Assembly: GCA_001600815.1 (NCBI GenBank)
Contig: BCKZ01000002.1
Location: forward strand, 1-64,000
Length of the DNA stretch: 64,000 bases
Source: Alloascoidea hylecoeti
Taxonomy: Eukaryota
Reading direction: 5' to 3'
Part shown: positions 35,675 through 48,316 of the stretch, piece by piece
Layout of the letters: each line of letters opens with the position of its first letter
Position numbering within the stretch: the first letter of the stretch is position 1
Notes under the pieces: generated by a model
What the model saw: the letters and a program-made list of their open reading frames with translations, nothing else
What the model was told of the DNA's origin: nothing
Databases searched by the model: none
Made by a program: the position numbers and the translations under genes

Positions 35675-38600
35675 ATGTCTGGAAAACGTAAGTCCCCCCT
35701 CCCTCCCGGCCTTCCCGTGTGCTCATATGGTCATACTAACCATTCTGCCTCCTAGATCGTTCGTTGTCTCCTGCAAAGGACAAGTCAGCACGTTCCTCAT
35801 ACCAAAATTTTGACCCCGAACAACCTTCGGGCGTAAACCTGTCCAAAAAACAGTCTTTGATCAGGCCTGAACGCTCTCGTATGGACCCTTCCAATCCTCA
35901 CTATCACTACGCACAGCACGCTTTGGAATCGGACTCTCTACAAGTAAATCCTTCTTCCACCGGTAATGATCCTCTCCTGTCTGGATCTAACAATTTAGCT
36001 AACATAAATGAATATTACGCTGGAGATGATATTCATCAACATGGCAAACACACTTCGGCTGAAATCCCTACACTAGTTATCGAAGGTGATGACTCCCATG
36101 GGCCATCCGCTGCAAACTCGGAAGATGTAGGTGGCAGAGAAATATACGGTTTAAACGATGAAGATGGTGCTGAAAACATTGGTAATCTACCTTCGCGATC
36201 TAATAATAGTGCCACTTTTAATGGTCCACAACGAACCTTAACAAGATCTGGAACAATGAACCCAAACCTTAAAAAAACCAAAGCTCCTTCTTCTTTTCCA
36301 TCCGTTTGGATCATCTATTGTTGGGCCTTAACTTGGTGGATCCCTCCTCCTTTAATGAAATTATGTGGTATGCCTGATAAAGATAGACAATTGGCATGGA
36401 GAGAAAAAATCGGTTTAATTTCAATCATTTTAATGCTAGCTGCAATAGTTGCTTATCTAACTTTCGGTTTTACCAAAACTGTATGTAAAGCAACTTCAAT
36501 TACAATTAAATCTGATGATATAAATACTGGTTACCTGGTTATAAATGGTCGGGCTTTTGATTTAACTTCTTCAACTCATCCAAAAGCTGCTGGTATTACA
36601 AAAAATGCAAATATTTTATATCCTCCAATTAATGCTGGCGGGAAAGATGCTTCATTTTTATTTCAAAATGTTAATGGTAATTGTAAAAATTTAATAACTC
36701 CAAAAGATAATTGTTCAATCCCTTATAATGATGACAATGAATTAGCTTGGTATTTTCCATGTAAAATATTTGATGTTGATGGTTCTTCAACTCCAAATTT
36801 TACTGAAACTTATTATAATGGTTGGGGTTGTCATACTTCCGCAAAGGCAAGAAAAACTTATTATAATTTAGATGTTACTGGGAAAGTTTATTTCGATTGG
36901 GATGATGTTAAAAATGCCTCAAGAAATTTGGTTGTTTATAACGGTGATGTTTTAGATTTAGATTTACTTTCATGGTTAGATACTGATAATGTCAATTATC
37001 CAAAAAGATTTGATGATTTAAAAAATGATAATCATATAACTGGTTATGATGTTTCTTTACAAATGTCTTCATCATCTGATAAAAAAATTGCAAAATGTTT
37101 ACAAGAAACAATTAGAGTTGGTGTTGTTAATTCAACAACAATTGGTTGTATTGCTTCAAAAATTGTACTTGTTGTTTCTTTAGTTTTCATTCTAGCTATT
37201 GTTATTATTAAATTTTGTTTTGCTTGTTATTTCCATTGGTTCGTTGCTGGGAAACAAGGTGCTTATTATATGGATAATGCGACAATGAATAAAAGAGCAA
37301 ATGAATTAGAAGATTGGAGTGCAACCCCAAATCTTCAAGGTCCGATTAAAAAATCACCATCTTCAGTTTCCCATAAGTCAAAATGGTATGAAAGAAAACA
37401 ATCAAGATTTGCGAACTTTGATAATTTAGACCAAGAGATGACAACAATGTCAACTCAATTAGCTGCTCAAGCTAAACAACAGGCATCTCGATTAAGTAAA
37501 CGTAACTCATCATTTTATAATAATAATAGAAGTTCTTTCTTTGCAGGTGGTGGTGATCCAAGAGAATCAATGATGTCAGGAGCTGCTGGTAATCCATTTG
37601 ATTCTTCAACTGATCCAAATGCTCCAATTATTGGTAATCAACTTTCATATGAATTAATTCATCCAAAAGTTTTACCACAACCACCTGCTGAATATCAACC
37701 TTTTGGTTATCCTTTACCTCATACAATTTTATTAATTACTGCATATTCAGAATCAGTTGAAGGTTTAAGAACAACTTGTGATTCTTTAGCAACAACAGAT
37801 TATCCAAATTCTCATAAAATGTTATTAATTATTTGTGATGGTATTATAAAAGGTTCAGGTAATGATAAAACAACTCCTGAGATTTGTTTAGATTTGATGG
37901 AAGATTTTTTGGTTCCAATTGATGACGTTCAACCACATTCATATGTTGCTGTTGCTCAAGGATCAAAACGTCATAATATGGCTAAAGTTTATTCAGGATT
38001 TTATAAATATGATAATGATACTGTACCACCTGATAAACAACAAAGGGTTCCAGTTGTTTGTATTGTAAAATGTGGTACACCACAAGAAGAAGGTACAGCA
38101 AAACCTGGTAATAGAGGTAAAAGAGATACTCAAATTATTTTAATGAGTTTTTTACAACATTTAATGTTTGATGAAAGAATGACAGAATTAGAATATGAAA
38201 TTTTATCAAATTTTTGGGGTATAACAGGATTATTTGCAGATTTATATGAAATTGTTTTAATGGTTGATGCAGATACAAAAGTTTATCCCGATTCAGTAAC
38301 TCATATGGTTGCAGAAATGGTAAAAGATCCAAAAATTATGGGATTATGTGGTGAAACAAAAATTTCAAATAAAAGACAATCTTGGGTAACAGCAATTCAA
38401 GTATTTGAATATTATATTTCTCATCATCAAGCAAAAGCTTTTGAATCTATTTTTGGTGGTGTTACTTGTTTACCTGGATGTTTTTGTATGTATCGTATAA
38501 AAGCACCAAAAGGTTCAGATGGTTATTGGGTTCCAATTTTAGCAAATCCAGATATTGTTGAAAGATATGCAGATAATGTAACAGATTCTTTACATAAGAA

Positions 38601-39483
38601 GAATTTATTATTATTAGGTGAAGATCGTTATTTAACTTCATTGATGTTACGGAATTTCCCAAAAAGAAAACAAATATTTGTACCAAAAGCATGTTGTAAA
38701 ACAATTGTACCTGATGAATTTTCAGTTTTATTATCTCAAAGAAGAAGATGGATTAATTCAACAGTTCATAATTTGATGGAATTAGTATTGGTTAAAGATT
38801 TATGTGGAGTTTTTTGTTTTTCAATGCAATTTGTTGTTTTCATTGAATTAATAGGTACTTTAGTTTTACCAGCAGCAATTGCATTTACATTATATGTTGT
38901 GGTTGAAGCATTTATTGATATTTCAAATGCCGTTTTATCATTGGTATTATTAGCAATGATTTTAGGGCTACCAGGGTTATTAATTGTTATAACAGCTTCA
39001 AGATGGTCATATGTTCTTTGGATGATAATTTATTTATGTGCATTAGTTATTTGGAATTTTGTTTTACCATCATATGCATTTTGGAAGTTTGATGATTTCA
39101 GCTGGGGACAAACGCGTGAAATTGCAGGAGGGTCGGCTGCAAATAAAGGACATGATCAAGGAGAAGGTGAGTTTGACTCATCAAAGATTGTAATGAAACG
39201 TTGGAGGGATTTTGAGAGGGAGAGAAGACGCGACGGCTATTTGTCGCAACCGCCGACAGCTTGGGATCCAAATTCAGCCGCAAATGACAACACTGCTCGT
39301 TCTCCTGCCAATGAAGAGCACGATGCGGATGTCTCGAGAGGCCAGGGGGAGTTGTTGTACGAAAACTCGTTAAGCAGCGACGATGAGAGTATTGAGCAGC
39401 AGGGACTGATGCACCAAGAGGCACGACATCGGGATGAATACGCCGACAGCGGATACTCCTACGACCAGACACAAAGGCTGTGA
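35675..39483 (+). CDS. CHS3: Class IV chitin synthase; exons 35675-35687 and 35756-39483
   Basis: Intron 35688-35755 (GTAAGT...TACTAAC...TAG); AWREK, KPGNRGKRD, VDADT, LGEDR and QRRRW motifs; cytochrome-b5-like region. Confidence 0.97.
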
Positions 39484-39601
39484 ATAAGTACGATTATAAT
39501 TATATAAGTTATATTGTATATAATTATATACATGCTATGTACGGCTGTTGGACGCATCACTAAGTATCTGACACACGCTTAGCAAAATAGAAGCTCGCAT
39601 T

Positions 39602-39609
39602 CCGGGTAA
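39602..39609 (-). promoter_or_regulatory. Reb1-type site, followed by a TATA-like element, upstream of the OSCA/TMEM63 gene
   Basis: CCGGGTAA at 39602-39609; TATATAAA at 39643-39650. Confidence 0.45.
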
Positions 39610-39731
39610 TCAGGCACGCGTGCAGTTTCATAGCTGTCCTGCTATATAAATTAATCAATCCCAGCCCTCCTTTTTCGAATTGCTTTCCTTTCTATTTTAA
39701 ACTTCTTTTTGGCTTCCCGAGTGAATTTACG

Positions 39732-42440
39732 ATGTCCGACACAGAAGAGGCTGCCACCTCCGTTTCCTCGTTCGTGTCCACCCTCGTCTTCAATCTGGTC
39801 CTGCTTTCCGTGTTCGTGGTCGCCTTTGTTATCCTCAGAGGAAAGTTTAAGAGGACTTACGCTCCAAGAGCTACCCTGGAATTCATAGACGAAAAGAAAA
39901 AACCCGATCAGCTCTCCTCTTCTCCTTTTCGATGGCTGTACGAACTGCTCTCCAAATCTGAAACATTTATAATCCAAGAGGCTGGTATGGATGGTTACTT
40001 CTTCTTGAGATATTTAAGGTTAATCATTTTCATTTGTGTCGTTGGAATCCTTCTATTATACCCAATCCTGTTACCCATTAATGCAACCGGTGGTGCAGGA
40101 GAATCGGGGTTTGATCTTTTATCTTTTTCAAACATTAAAAATCATAATCGTTACTATGCCCATGTCTTCGTTGGTTGGGTTTTCTACGGGTGTTGTCTAT
40201 TTTTATTTTATAGAGAATTAACGTATTTCACTACCTTTAGAAGTTCAATCCTTGCAACCCCTTACTTTGCTTCTCAACCATCTGCAAAAACTATTTTATT
40301 TCAAACCGTCCCTAAAGAATATTTAAATAAAAATGCTTTGTTGTCTTTATTCCCAAATTCAAAAAGAGTTTGGATTGCAAGGGGTAGTAAAAAACTAGCT
40401 TCACTAGTTAAAAAGCGTGAAAAACTTTCCACAAAATTAGAAAATGCTGAATCTAATTTATTATCAAAAGCTGTTAAAGCTAAATTAGCAAATGATCAAA
40501 ATGAAATAATTGAACAACAAACAAATGACATCTCTGTATATGTCCCTGAAAAAAAGAGACCAACTCATCGTTTAAAACCTTTAATTGGAAAAAAAGTCGA
40601 TACAATCAATTATTGTCGTAAAGAACTTGGTAAATTAAATATTGAAATTGAAAAATTACAATTAAGAGCTGAAAGTTCAAAACCATTAAATTCTGCTTTT
40701 ATTGAATTTGAAACTCAAGCTGATGCTCAAGTTGCTCTACAATGTTTAGCCCATCATACTCCTTTATATTTATCTCCAAGATTCGCAAATGTTGAACCTG
40801 AAAATGTCATATGGTCAAACTTAAGATTGTTCTGGTGGGAAAGAGATGCAAGAGTAATCGGTACAACTGCTGCCATCTTTGCTTTAGTCATATTGTGGGC
40901 AGTGCCTGTTGCATTTGTTGGTATGATTTCAAATATTACATACTTAACCAATAAATTACCATGGTTAAAATGGATCTACAATATGCCTTCTGAATTACTA
41001 GGTATTATAACTGGTATTTTACCAACTGTTTTATTGTCTTTATTGATGATGGTTTTACCGATGTTTTTAAGACTAATGGCTAAAATATCTGGTTGTCCAA
41101 CTGATCAATTGATTGAATATCATGTTCAAAATAGTTATTTCTCTTTTCAAGTTGTTCAAGTTTTCTTGGTTACTACAATTGCTTCCTCTGCAACTTCTGT
41201 TGTAACGCAAATCATTGCAAAGCCAACAAGTGCAATGACTTTATTAGCTTCTAATTTACCAAAATCTTCAAATTTCTTTATTGCTTATATGCTATTACAA
41301 GGTTTAACTGTCCCTGGTGGGGCTTTGTTGCAAATCAGTAGTTTAATTATGTTTCATGTTCTAGGTTTCATTTTAGATAAGACTGCAAGGAGCAAATTTA
41401 AAAGATGGACTAACTTGGGTACAATTGCATGGGGTACAACATTTCCCGTTTATACAAATTTGGCTGTTATAATGTTATCATATGCTGTTATATCACCACT
41501 AATTATCGTATTCACTTTATTGGGATTTACCTTATTGTATATTGTTTATTTACATAACATTATTTATGTTTTTGATCATGCTGCTGATGCTAAAGGAATG
41601 TACTACCCAAGGGCAATATATCAAACTTTCACTGGTTTATATCTTGGTGAAATTTGTATGCTAGGTTTATTTGCTGTTGGAAAAGGTTGGGGTCCAATTA
41701 TTTTACAAGCAATACTTATTGGTGTTACTACTTTTTTTCAAATCAAAATTCAGGACTCAGTAAGACCTTTATTGAATTGTCTTCCAAGAGATGTTTTAAA
41801 TGCAAGTGAAAATAGTTTAAGACTTGTAGATGGTCGATCACAACAAAATGAATATGATGATAATGTTACTAATGAAGTTGGCACCAGTATAACTGAAAAG
41901 CATCGTCCTTCTGTATCTGGTCCATTTTCTGATAATCATAATTTACAAACCTTAAATCCAGATGGTACCTTATCAGTTGATAATAAAAATATACGAGCAT
42001 TAAATCCAAACTCAAGATCGGGTACTGTGACTCCAGAATTAACAGCACCAAATTCAAGTAATTCATCAACTGATTCATTATTAACCTCAACAAAAGTACC
42101 CAATTTACATGATCCAGATTTTGAATTACCGCCACCTAAAAATTTTATAATACGTTTCTTTTTACCGCATACTTATAAATCTTACCCAATTGTGAGATCT
42201 ATTTTACCTGCTATTTTTCAAACTCCTATTACATTAAATATTGAACAGGAGGAAAATATGTATAATTATCCTGCTGCAACTGCAACTGCTCCATATCTTT
42301 GGATCCCTAGAGATCCAATGGGTCTAAGTAGAATAGAATGTGAAGAAACTGGTAAGGTTACAAATATTAGCGATGAAGGTGCTGAATTTGATGAAAAGGG
42401 TAAAATTATATGGACTGGTGCTCCTCCTGCTTCGGAATGA
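39732..42440 (+). CDS. CSC1/OSCA/TMEM63-family membrane channel (Rsn1/Phm7-like)
   Basis: GMDGYFFLRYL, ILLPINATGG, VIWSNL, LASNLPKSSNFFIAY and LWIPRDPMGLS motifs; many hydrophobic transmembrane segments. Confidence 0.92.
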   Translation: MSDTEEAATSVSSFVSTLVFNLVLLSVFVVAFVILRGKFKRTYAPRATLEFIDEKKKPDQLSSSPFRWLYELLSKSETFIIQEAGMDGYFFLRYLRLIIFICVVGILLLYPILLPINATGGAGESGFDLLSFSNIKNHNRYYAHVFVGWVFYGCCLFLFYRELTYFTTFRSSILATPYFASQPSAKTILFQTVPKEYLNKNALLSLFPNSKRVWIARGSKKLASLVKKREKLSTKLENAESNLLSKAVKAKLANDQNEIIEQQTNDISVYVPEKKRPTHRLKPLIGKKVDTINYCRKELGKLNIEIEKLQLRAESSKPLNSAFIEFETQADAQVALQCLAHHTPLYLSPRFANVEPENVIWSNLRLFWWERDARVIGTTAAIFALVILWAVPVAFVGMISNITYLTNKLPWLKWIYNMPSELLGIITGILPTVLLSLLMMVLPMFLRLMAKISGCPTDQLIEYHVQNSYFSFQVVQVFLVTTIASSATSVVTQIIAKPTSAMTLLASNLPKSSNFFIAYMLLQGLTVPGGALLQISSLIMFHVLGFILDKTARSKFKRWTNLGTIAWGTTFPVYTNLAVIMLSYAVISPLIIVFTLLGFTLLYIVYLHNIIYVFDHAADAKGMYYPRAIYQTFTGLYLGEICMLGLFAVGKGWGPIILQAILIGVTTFFQIKIQDSVRPLLNCLPRDVLNASENSLRLVDGRSQQNEYDDNVTNEVGTSITEKHRPSVSGPFSDNHNLQTLNPDGTLSVDNKNIRALNPNSRSGTVTPELTAPNSSNSSTDSLLTSTKVPNLHDPDFELPPPKNFIIRFFLPHTYKSYPIVRSILPAIFQTPITLNIEQEENMYNYPAATATAPYLWIPRDPMGLSRIECEETGKVTNISDEGAEFDEKGKIIWTGAPPASE

Positions 42441-42912
42441 ATTTGCTATGTACCCATTATTTGTTTGAACCTTATTTTAGTTTTAAAGTAATAATTGTTT
42501 ATTTTTTTTGTTGTTGTTAATCATTAAACATTAACTTTGTTTTTATTTTTGTTTTTATTCTATGATACTATTTTCTTTTTTTTAATTTTATTTTATTTTA
42601 TTTTATTTTCTATATATTAATTTCATTCATAAATATTAATAATATAATAAAATATCTCTTTTTTAATTAAGACCATATCTAAATTTCCAGGTCCTAAACC
42701 TATAAGCCGGAGACATAAACATATGCCATATATACCCCACATTCATGCAGTTTCATTGAAACTCAACTGAAGCGATATATTTCACACAATTTAAAGTTTT
42801 GTGGATGTGTGATGATTAATTAATCTATCATATAAACTACTCTTCCCCACCTTCATTAATAACTAAACTAAACTACTATTTTATTCCTCACTCTTCTTCT
42901 TTGGAAACAAAA

Positions 42913-43956
42913 ATGACAAAATCTTCAAGCTCTGCTCTTAATCGTCTTTCACTTATTCAAAATCATACTATATCCAGAAATTTGACATCAGATGCGATTG
43001 TGAAGAATTATTTATCTGCTTTAGCATCTACAATACCAAATGATTCTGATTCTTTAAAATCACGCCATACTGGTTCACCATATACTCCTGATTATAAGGT
43101 ATATTTGGAATCAGATGGTAATCTTTCTTCATTTTGGCATGATGTCCCTTTATATCATAACCCATCTCTTAATAATAATAATAACAATAATAACAATAAT
43201 GAAAAAGTTTTTAATATGATTGTTGAAATTCCAAGATTTTCAAATGCTAAATTTGAAATATCAAAAGATCAAAAATTTAATCCAATTATTCAAGATACGA
43301 AAAAAGGAGATTTAAGATTTGTAAAAAATTTATTTCCCTATCATGGTTATATTCATAACTATGGTGCTTTACCACAAACATGGGAAATACCATATAAATT
43401 AGACTCATTAACAGATTTAAAAGGTGATAATGATCCATTGGATGTATGTGAAATTGGTTCTGCTATTGGTAAAGTTGGTGAAATTAAACCAGTCAAAATT
43501 ATTGGATCGATTGCCTTAATCGATGATGGTGAAACAGATTGGAAATTAATTGCAATTGATATAAGAGATCCAATTGCCTCAAAAATTAATAATTTAAAAG
43601 ATGTTGAATTAAATTTCCCTGGTTTATTATCCTCTACAAGAATATGGTTTAGGGATTATAAAAAACCAGATGGTAAAGATGAAAATAAATTGGCATTAGA
43701 TGGTAAATTTTTAGAAAAAGAAGAAACATTAAAAGTCATTAATGAATGTTTTGAGCATTGGAAGCTTTTATTTAAAGAAGATTTAACTCTCAAAAGAGGT
43801 ATGGAACTAACTAATTCAAAATTAAATAAAACTAAAGAATTTATAAATTTAAAAGATTTAAAGGATTTAAATATAAAGGGAATTAATGACTTTAAATATG
43901 AGGCCCCTGTTGCTGCTAAAATTGATAAATCTGTTGATAAATGGCATTTTGTTTGA
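42913..43956 (+). CDS. PPA2: Family I inorganic pyrophosphatase with an N-terminal extension, probably mitochondrial
   Basis: SFWHDVPL, HNYGALPQTWE, GDNDPLDVCEIG and DDGETDWK motifs; Ser/Arg/Leu-rich presequence-like start at ATG 42913. Confidence 0.85.
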   Translation: MTKSSSSALNRLSLIQNHTISRNLTSDAIVKNYLSALASTIPNDSDSLKSRHTGSPYTPDYKVYLESDGNLSSFWHDVPLYHNPSLNNNNNNNNNNEKVFNMIVEIPRFSNAKFEISKDQKFNPIIQDTKKGDLRFVKNLFPYHGYIHNYGALPQTWEIPYKLDSLTDLKGDNDPLDVCEIGSAIGKVGEIKPVKIIGSIALIDDGETDWKLIAIDIRDPIASKINNLKDVELNFPGLLSSTRIWFRDYKKPDGKDENKLALDGKFLEKEETLKVINECFEHWKLLFKEDLTLKRGMELTNSKLNKTKEFINLKDLKDLNIKGINDFKYEAPVAAKIDKSVDKWHFV

Positions 43957-44891
43957 TATAAATATAATACAGGAATATAAAGATAAGATAGAAAGTATAG
44001 GCATATAAGTATAAGATGGAAATATGATACCACGCACGGGTACCAAAATGTAATTCATGCCCTACATTGTAAGTAAATATTGCAACCACAGCTGTGTACG
44101 CCCTGGGACCAAATATGATGAAGAGTATACTCGACTATTACTCGTATTACTTGAACTTTCAATTGGCAGTTATTCATATATTTATCCCAACCTACTACGT
44201 ATAGCTATATTATATCTTTACGAGTAAAATTTCTAGTCACAGACGAAATGATCAATGCAAATATAAAACTGTACGGTGGGTGCAATAATATTCTGTTCAG
44301 ATTTAATAATCCGGTATTTCAGAGGAATCACTGGACTCTGATAAGAAGATTGCCCATCTACTGCAAGTTTCATTCATATCGGGCATTTGTGCTAAGTTCT
44401 AACGGTTGTTGCATATACATTTAATATTAGCTGCTACATGCATGAGATCTTACAGTGTTATTCATCAAAAGATGGCCGAATATTTAGCCATTCATGTGAC
44501 CGAAACTGAGTGGAACGACTGTAATAGTAGTAGTATTAGCTACGATTTTATGGCCATCGCGAAAGACTACGGATTCAACCCCCAGCAGGGAAGCTTTAAC
44601 TTGCTGAAGAGATTTTGGATGATTTTTGATGGCTACGCTGGTGTTCCCATCTAACTCTCATATCACCCCTCCAGAATTGGAATTTTACGGGCCCTACCAT
44701 CAAAAGGGGTGGTTACACCTTGTGTTATATGCTCTAAGTAATAAACACCAATCTTGTTATCATAATTAAGGTCCATGGAAATAAAATTTATATCAGTGTA
44801 AATTTCATCATGCACAGGAACGAAAAGGTAAACATTCAACAAATCAATATTTACTCTCAACGTAAGATTCATTTACAGTACCCTATGTTAC

Positions 44892-45068
44892 ATGATGAAA
44901 GTGGATGATTTAGACTCAGATGATGATATGGATATTGATGATTCGCGGGAATTATTGAATGATGACGAAAATGTTGGAATGCGAGAACAAGACAACCTTG
45001 AGATACTCGAAAACAGTTATAATCAGTTAAAATTGCAAGATATAACATTAGATCCAGCTGAAAATAGT

Positions 45069-45102
<34 letters not shown>

Positions 45103-45104
45103 GC

Positions 45105-45153
<49 letters not shown>

Positions 45154-46268
45154 TAGATGTTAAGAAGGAAAATAATTATTTAAATCGTGAAAATGGCTTG
45201 GTAGTGATTAAGGACAAAATAAACAACATTCAAGAAAATAACAATGCAGATGAAAGTATATCTGATGATTCAAACTCAACAGAATTGCACATTACAAGAA
45301 ATAACAGCTTGAAATCTCGAATAAAAAACAGGTCAAAATCTACAACTTCTAAATATAGATCCCCAAATAAAAAAAATCGTCTTGGGCAAGTCAAGTCAGA
45401 AGATGGAGAAGAATTCTTTTATCAATTGCAATATGATGCAAATAATGATTATGAAAATGAAATCCCGGCACCAACATCTTCAAGCTCATGGACTATTAGA
45501 AACGATAATTTACCATATATTATCTATACATATCTTCAAGTTTTTTTCAATATTATTATTGGATTTGTTGTTCTTTATATTGCAATCTCTTCATTAAGAG
45601 TATTAAACAACGATATTTCAAATAAAATGAACTTAGAAATTGATGAATTAACTAAAAAGAGTTTGCAATGTAAAAAACTTATTGAAATTAATCATTGTAA
45701 TAATAATCCACGAAGATTTAATATACCGAAATTACACCAACAATGTTTAGAATGGGAAACTTGTACAACGAAAAACATTGATATTTCATTAGGTAAAGCA
45801 AAAATCAGTGCTGAAACAATTGGTAGTATAATTAATGGATTTTTTGAACAATTTAGTTTCAAAACAATATCAATCTTAGTATTGGGTATTTTTGGTGTTG
45901 GCTATCTTAATAATTATATATTTGGTTCCTTAAAAGCAAAATCGAATCATAGCCATGATCCTAATTTAAATAATACCAACCAAAAGATTAATAATGAGGA
46001 TGATAATTCTAACGAGTTCATTGATACAAATACATACTCAAATTCACCCTCTAACTCACATCGTTACGTTCGTTCGATACCTGGCTATAGGAGACATCCA
46101 ATAGATCGAAACGGAAGTTATAGTTTTCAAGATAATAATTATAGTCTTAGTTACAGTAGTCCACAATTGCAAAATGCAGATCTGGATAGAAGTTTACCCG
46201 ATAATTATTATCAAAGAGACTGTTATAATCATTCTTTATATAGGAAATCACCACGAAAACGTCGATAA
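44892..46268 (+). CDS. BRL1: Brr6/Brl1-family nuclear envelope protein
   Basis: YLQVFFN transmembrane segment, four-Cys luminal domain (CK..NHC..CLEWETC), ISAETIGSIINGFFE and a second transmembrane segment. Confidence 0.85.
45069..45152 (+). repeat. Compound microsatellite (AAC)11 AGC (AAT)16 encoding poly-Asn
   Basis: Read directly from the sequence. Confidence 0.97.
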
Positions 46269-46538
46269 GGGATCAAAGGACAATATTAATTTAAATGCGC
46301 ATGCGGTGACATTACCATATTTATATTTGTAATTATCAATCTTATAAATTTATAGCTAATCATACATAGATTTTTTTATAATATTAATTTCAGACCATTT
46401 ATTTTATGGTTAACTCTAGATACTGTAAAACACTTCAAGATGGGAGCATCATATAACCATCATAATATATAAAATTATCTTCAACCACCCAAGCCTATTA
46501 CGTAGCAATAAATTTCATTTGAAAACTAATTTCAGAAC

Positions 46539-47582
46539 TCATATTATATGGCTAACTTTAGTAAAATCTTCCTCAATAGGAGCATCGTCCGAATCACTAT
46601 CATTGCATATAGGTTTATATTCATCTGTAGCCACCATAAGTTCGTGTTCCCTGGCCTGGTCGGGGGGTTTCTTGGATTCATTGTTAGATTCTTCTATTTT
46701 ATCACTAGCAGTGTCACCATCTGAACTTTCGCCAGAGCTATCATCATTTGATTCAGAGTCATTTTTGGAGTCACTCGCGAACGTGAACCCAGGAACTTTC
46801 AAAACTTTTCCTATTTTATTTTTGATTGTGCCCACGTAATCTGCTAAGGCATATATCGTCGGATACTCCAAAACCTTTTTACCTGTTAATTCAGTACCAA
46901 TAGTAGCATCCTTATTCATTTCAATCAAACATTTGTTATTTGCTTCTGAATCTATATCTAGCAAAAAGAAGCGTAAATTTTTTATAACTTCATCTCTTTT
47001 AATCTCAAATATTTCTCTATTTGCTGCTTCTTCCTCAACGGCCCAACCAAATTCCTTCCTGATAAATTTAATGATGTCAAACAATTTCGTCGTTTCAAAA
47101 TCATTAAAAGTAACCTGCTTCAAATTTTTACCTTGGTCATCTATTAATATTAATTCAATAGTCCATTGATAACAGTTAGTAGCTTTTACCATTCTCGAGT
47201 GATTATTGATGGATCGGGTCATTGTTCTTGGAAGTGATCGGACTATTACTCCTCTTCGTGATACCTCATTGTCATTATGATTATTGTTATCAGTTTTCCG
47301 TCTTTTAACTCTAAACAGATCCCCTTTATATTTCTCTTGCATATCACGTTTCCCAACCGTGAACTTCCTTCCAACATTTAGTAGAAAATTATAATCCCTA
47401 TTAAAAGAATTTTCGGTGTACTCATCTCTTTTAATAAAAGCAGTTGGATCTTTTAAACCAGTACAGCCGGATTGCATTTTATGACGTTTTGAACATGAAA
47501 CTGAGCAAAATAGAATTGAACATGCTGGGCATTTATATTTGGGGGATGGAGAATTGCATATTTGACATTTTGTTTCTATCAT
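46539..47582 (-). CDS. BCD1: Box C/D snoRNP assembly factor with zf-HIT domain
   Basis: CQIC..KYKCPAC..FCSVSCSKRHK..GCTG, RDYNFL and VLEYPTIY motifs. Confidence 0.9.
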   Translation of the reverse strand: MIETKCQICNSPSPKYKCPACSILFCSVSCSKRHKMQSGCTGLKDPTAFIKRDEYTENSFNRDYNFLLNVGRKFTVGKRDMQEKYKGDLFRVKRRKTDNNNHNDNEVSRRGVIVRSLPRTMTRSINNHSRMVKATNCYQWTIELILIDDQGKNLKQVTFNDFETTKLFDIIKFIRKEFGWAVEEEAANREIFEIKRDEVIKNLRFFLLDIDSEANNKCLIEMNKDATIGTELTGKKVLEYPTIYALADYVGTIKNKIGKVLKVPGFTFASDSKNDSESNDDSSGESSDGDTASDKIEESNNESKKPPDQAREHELMVATDEYKPICNDSDSDDAPIEEDFTKVSHII

Positions 47583-48316
47583 AAGGGACCGATGGATTAA
47601 AAAAGCACTTCTTTTAAAAAAAAATAAGATTTAGTTTAAAAACAAAACATCCAAACACCCAACCACAATTACCGTACGTTATAGGCACCCTCTATTCCAA
47701 AGCAAACCATCGATTACAGCCTTTGGTTAGTAAAATATGGTATTTTATCTGGTCGGTGGTATACGTGATACGAGTATATACCATAAGATAGATATGTATA
47801 GGTGAAGTTTTGAGAATTACTTTTTAAGAAATATTGACTGGTTCCAGCTGAAGGTAATGATTTATAAATGAGGACTCGAGACTCTCAATTATAAATTTAG
47901 CTCTGGAAAATCCAAATAAGTAATTAATATTATATATGTAAATTGATTTTAGAACAATCAATATCAATAACATAGTCATAGACTCTAGCTGGTATACTAC
48001 AGAGGCGTGTTATAGGTCGATATTAAGGATGCATCTTATTATGTGTCCGAAACCATTGGGAAAATTAATTGTAGTTAGTATCATATATAAATCTATATAA
48101 ATCCAATTGCAACCTGACTATTTGATATTTGAACTTTTATGAATCTTATTATCATGTTATATTATTATATCTTACTATGTGAACCCTGCATGACAACTAA
48201 CGATCCGATCAGTAACAACCGCACATAGCTATGCCTTCACAAACCGTGCGGTAATTAATAATAACCAATTGCTATAATAGGTGTATAAGTCATAGATACG
48301 AGATCTCATATATATA

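Noticed and set aside
44406..44872. Small ORFs between PPA2 and BRL1
   Set aside because: Non-ATG or short, with no recognisable motifs; more likely decayed transposon or intergenic sequence.
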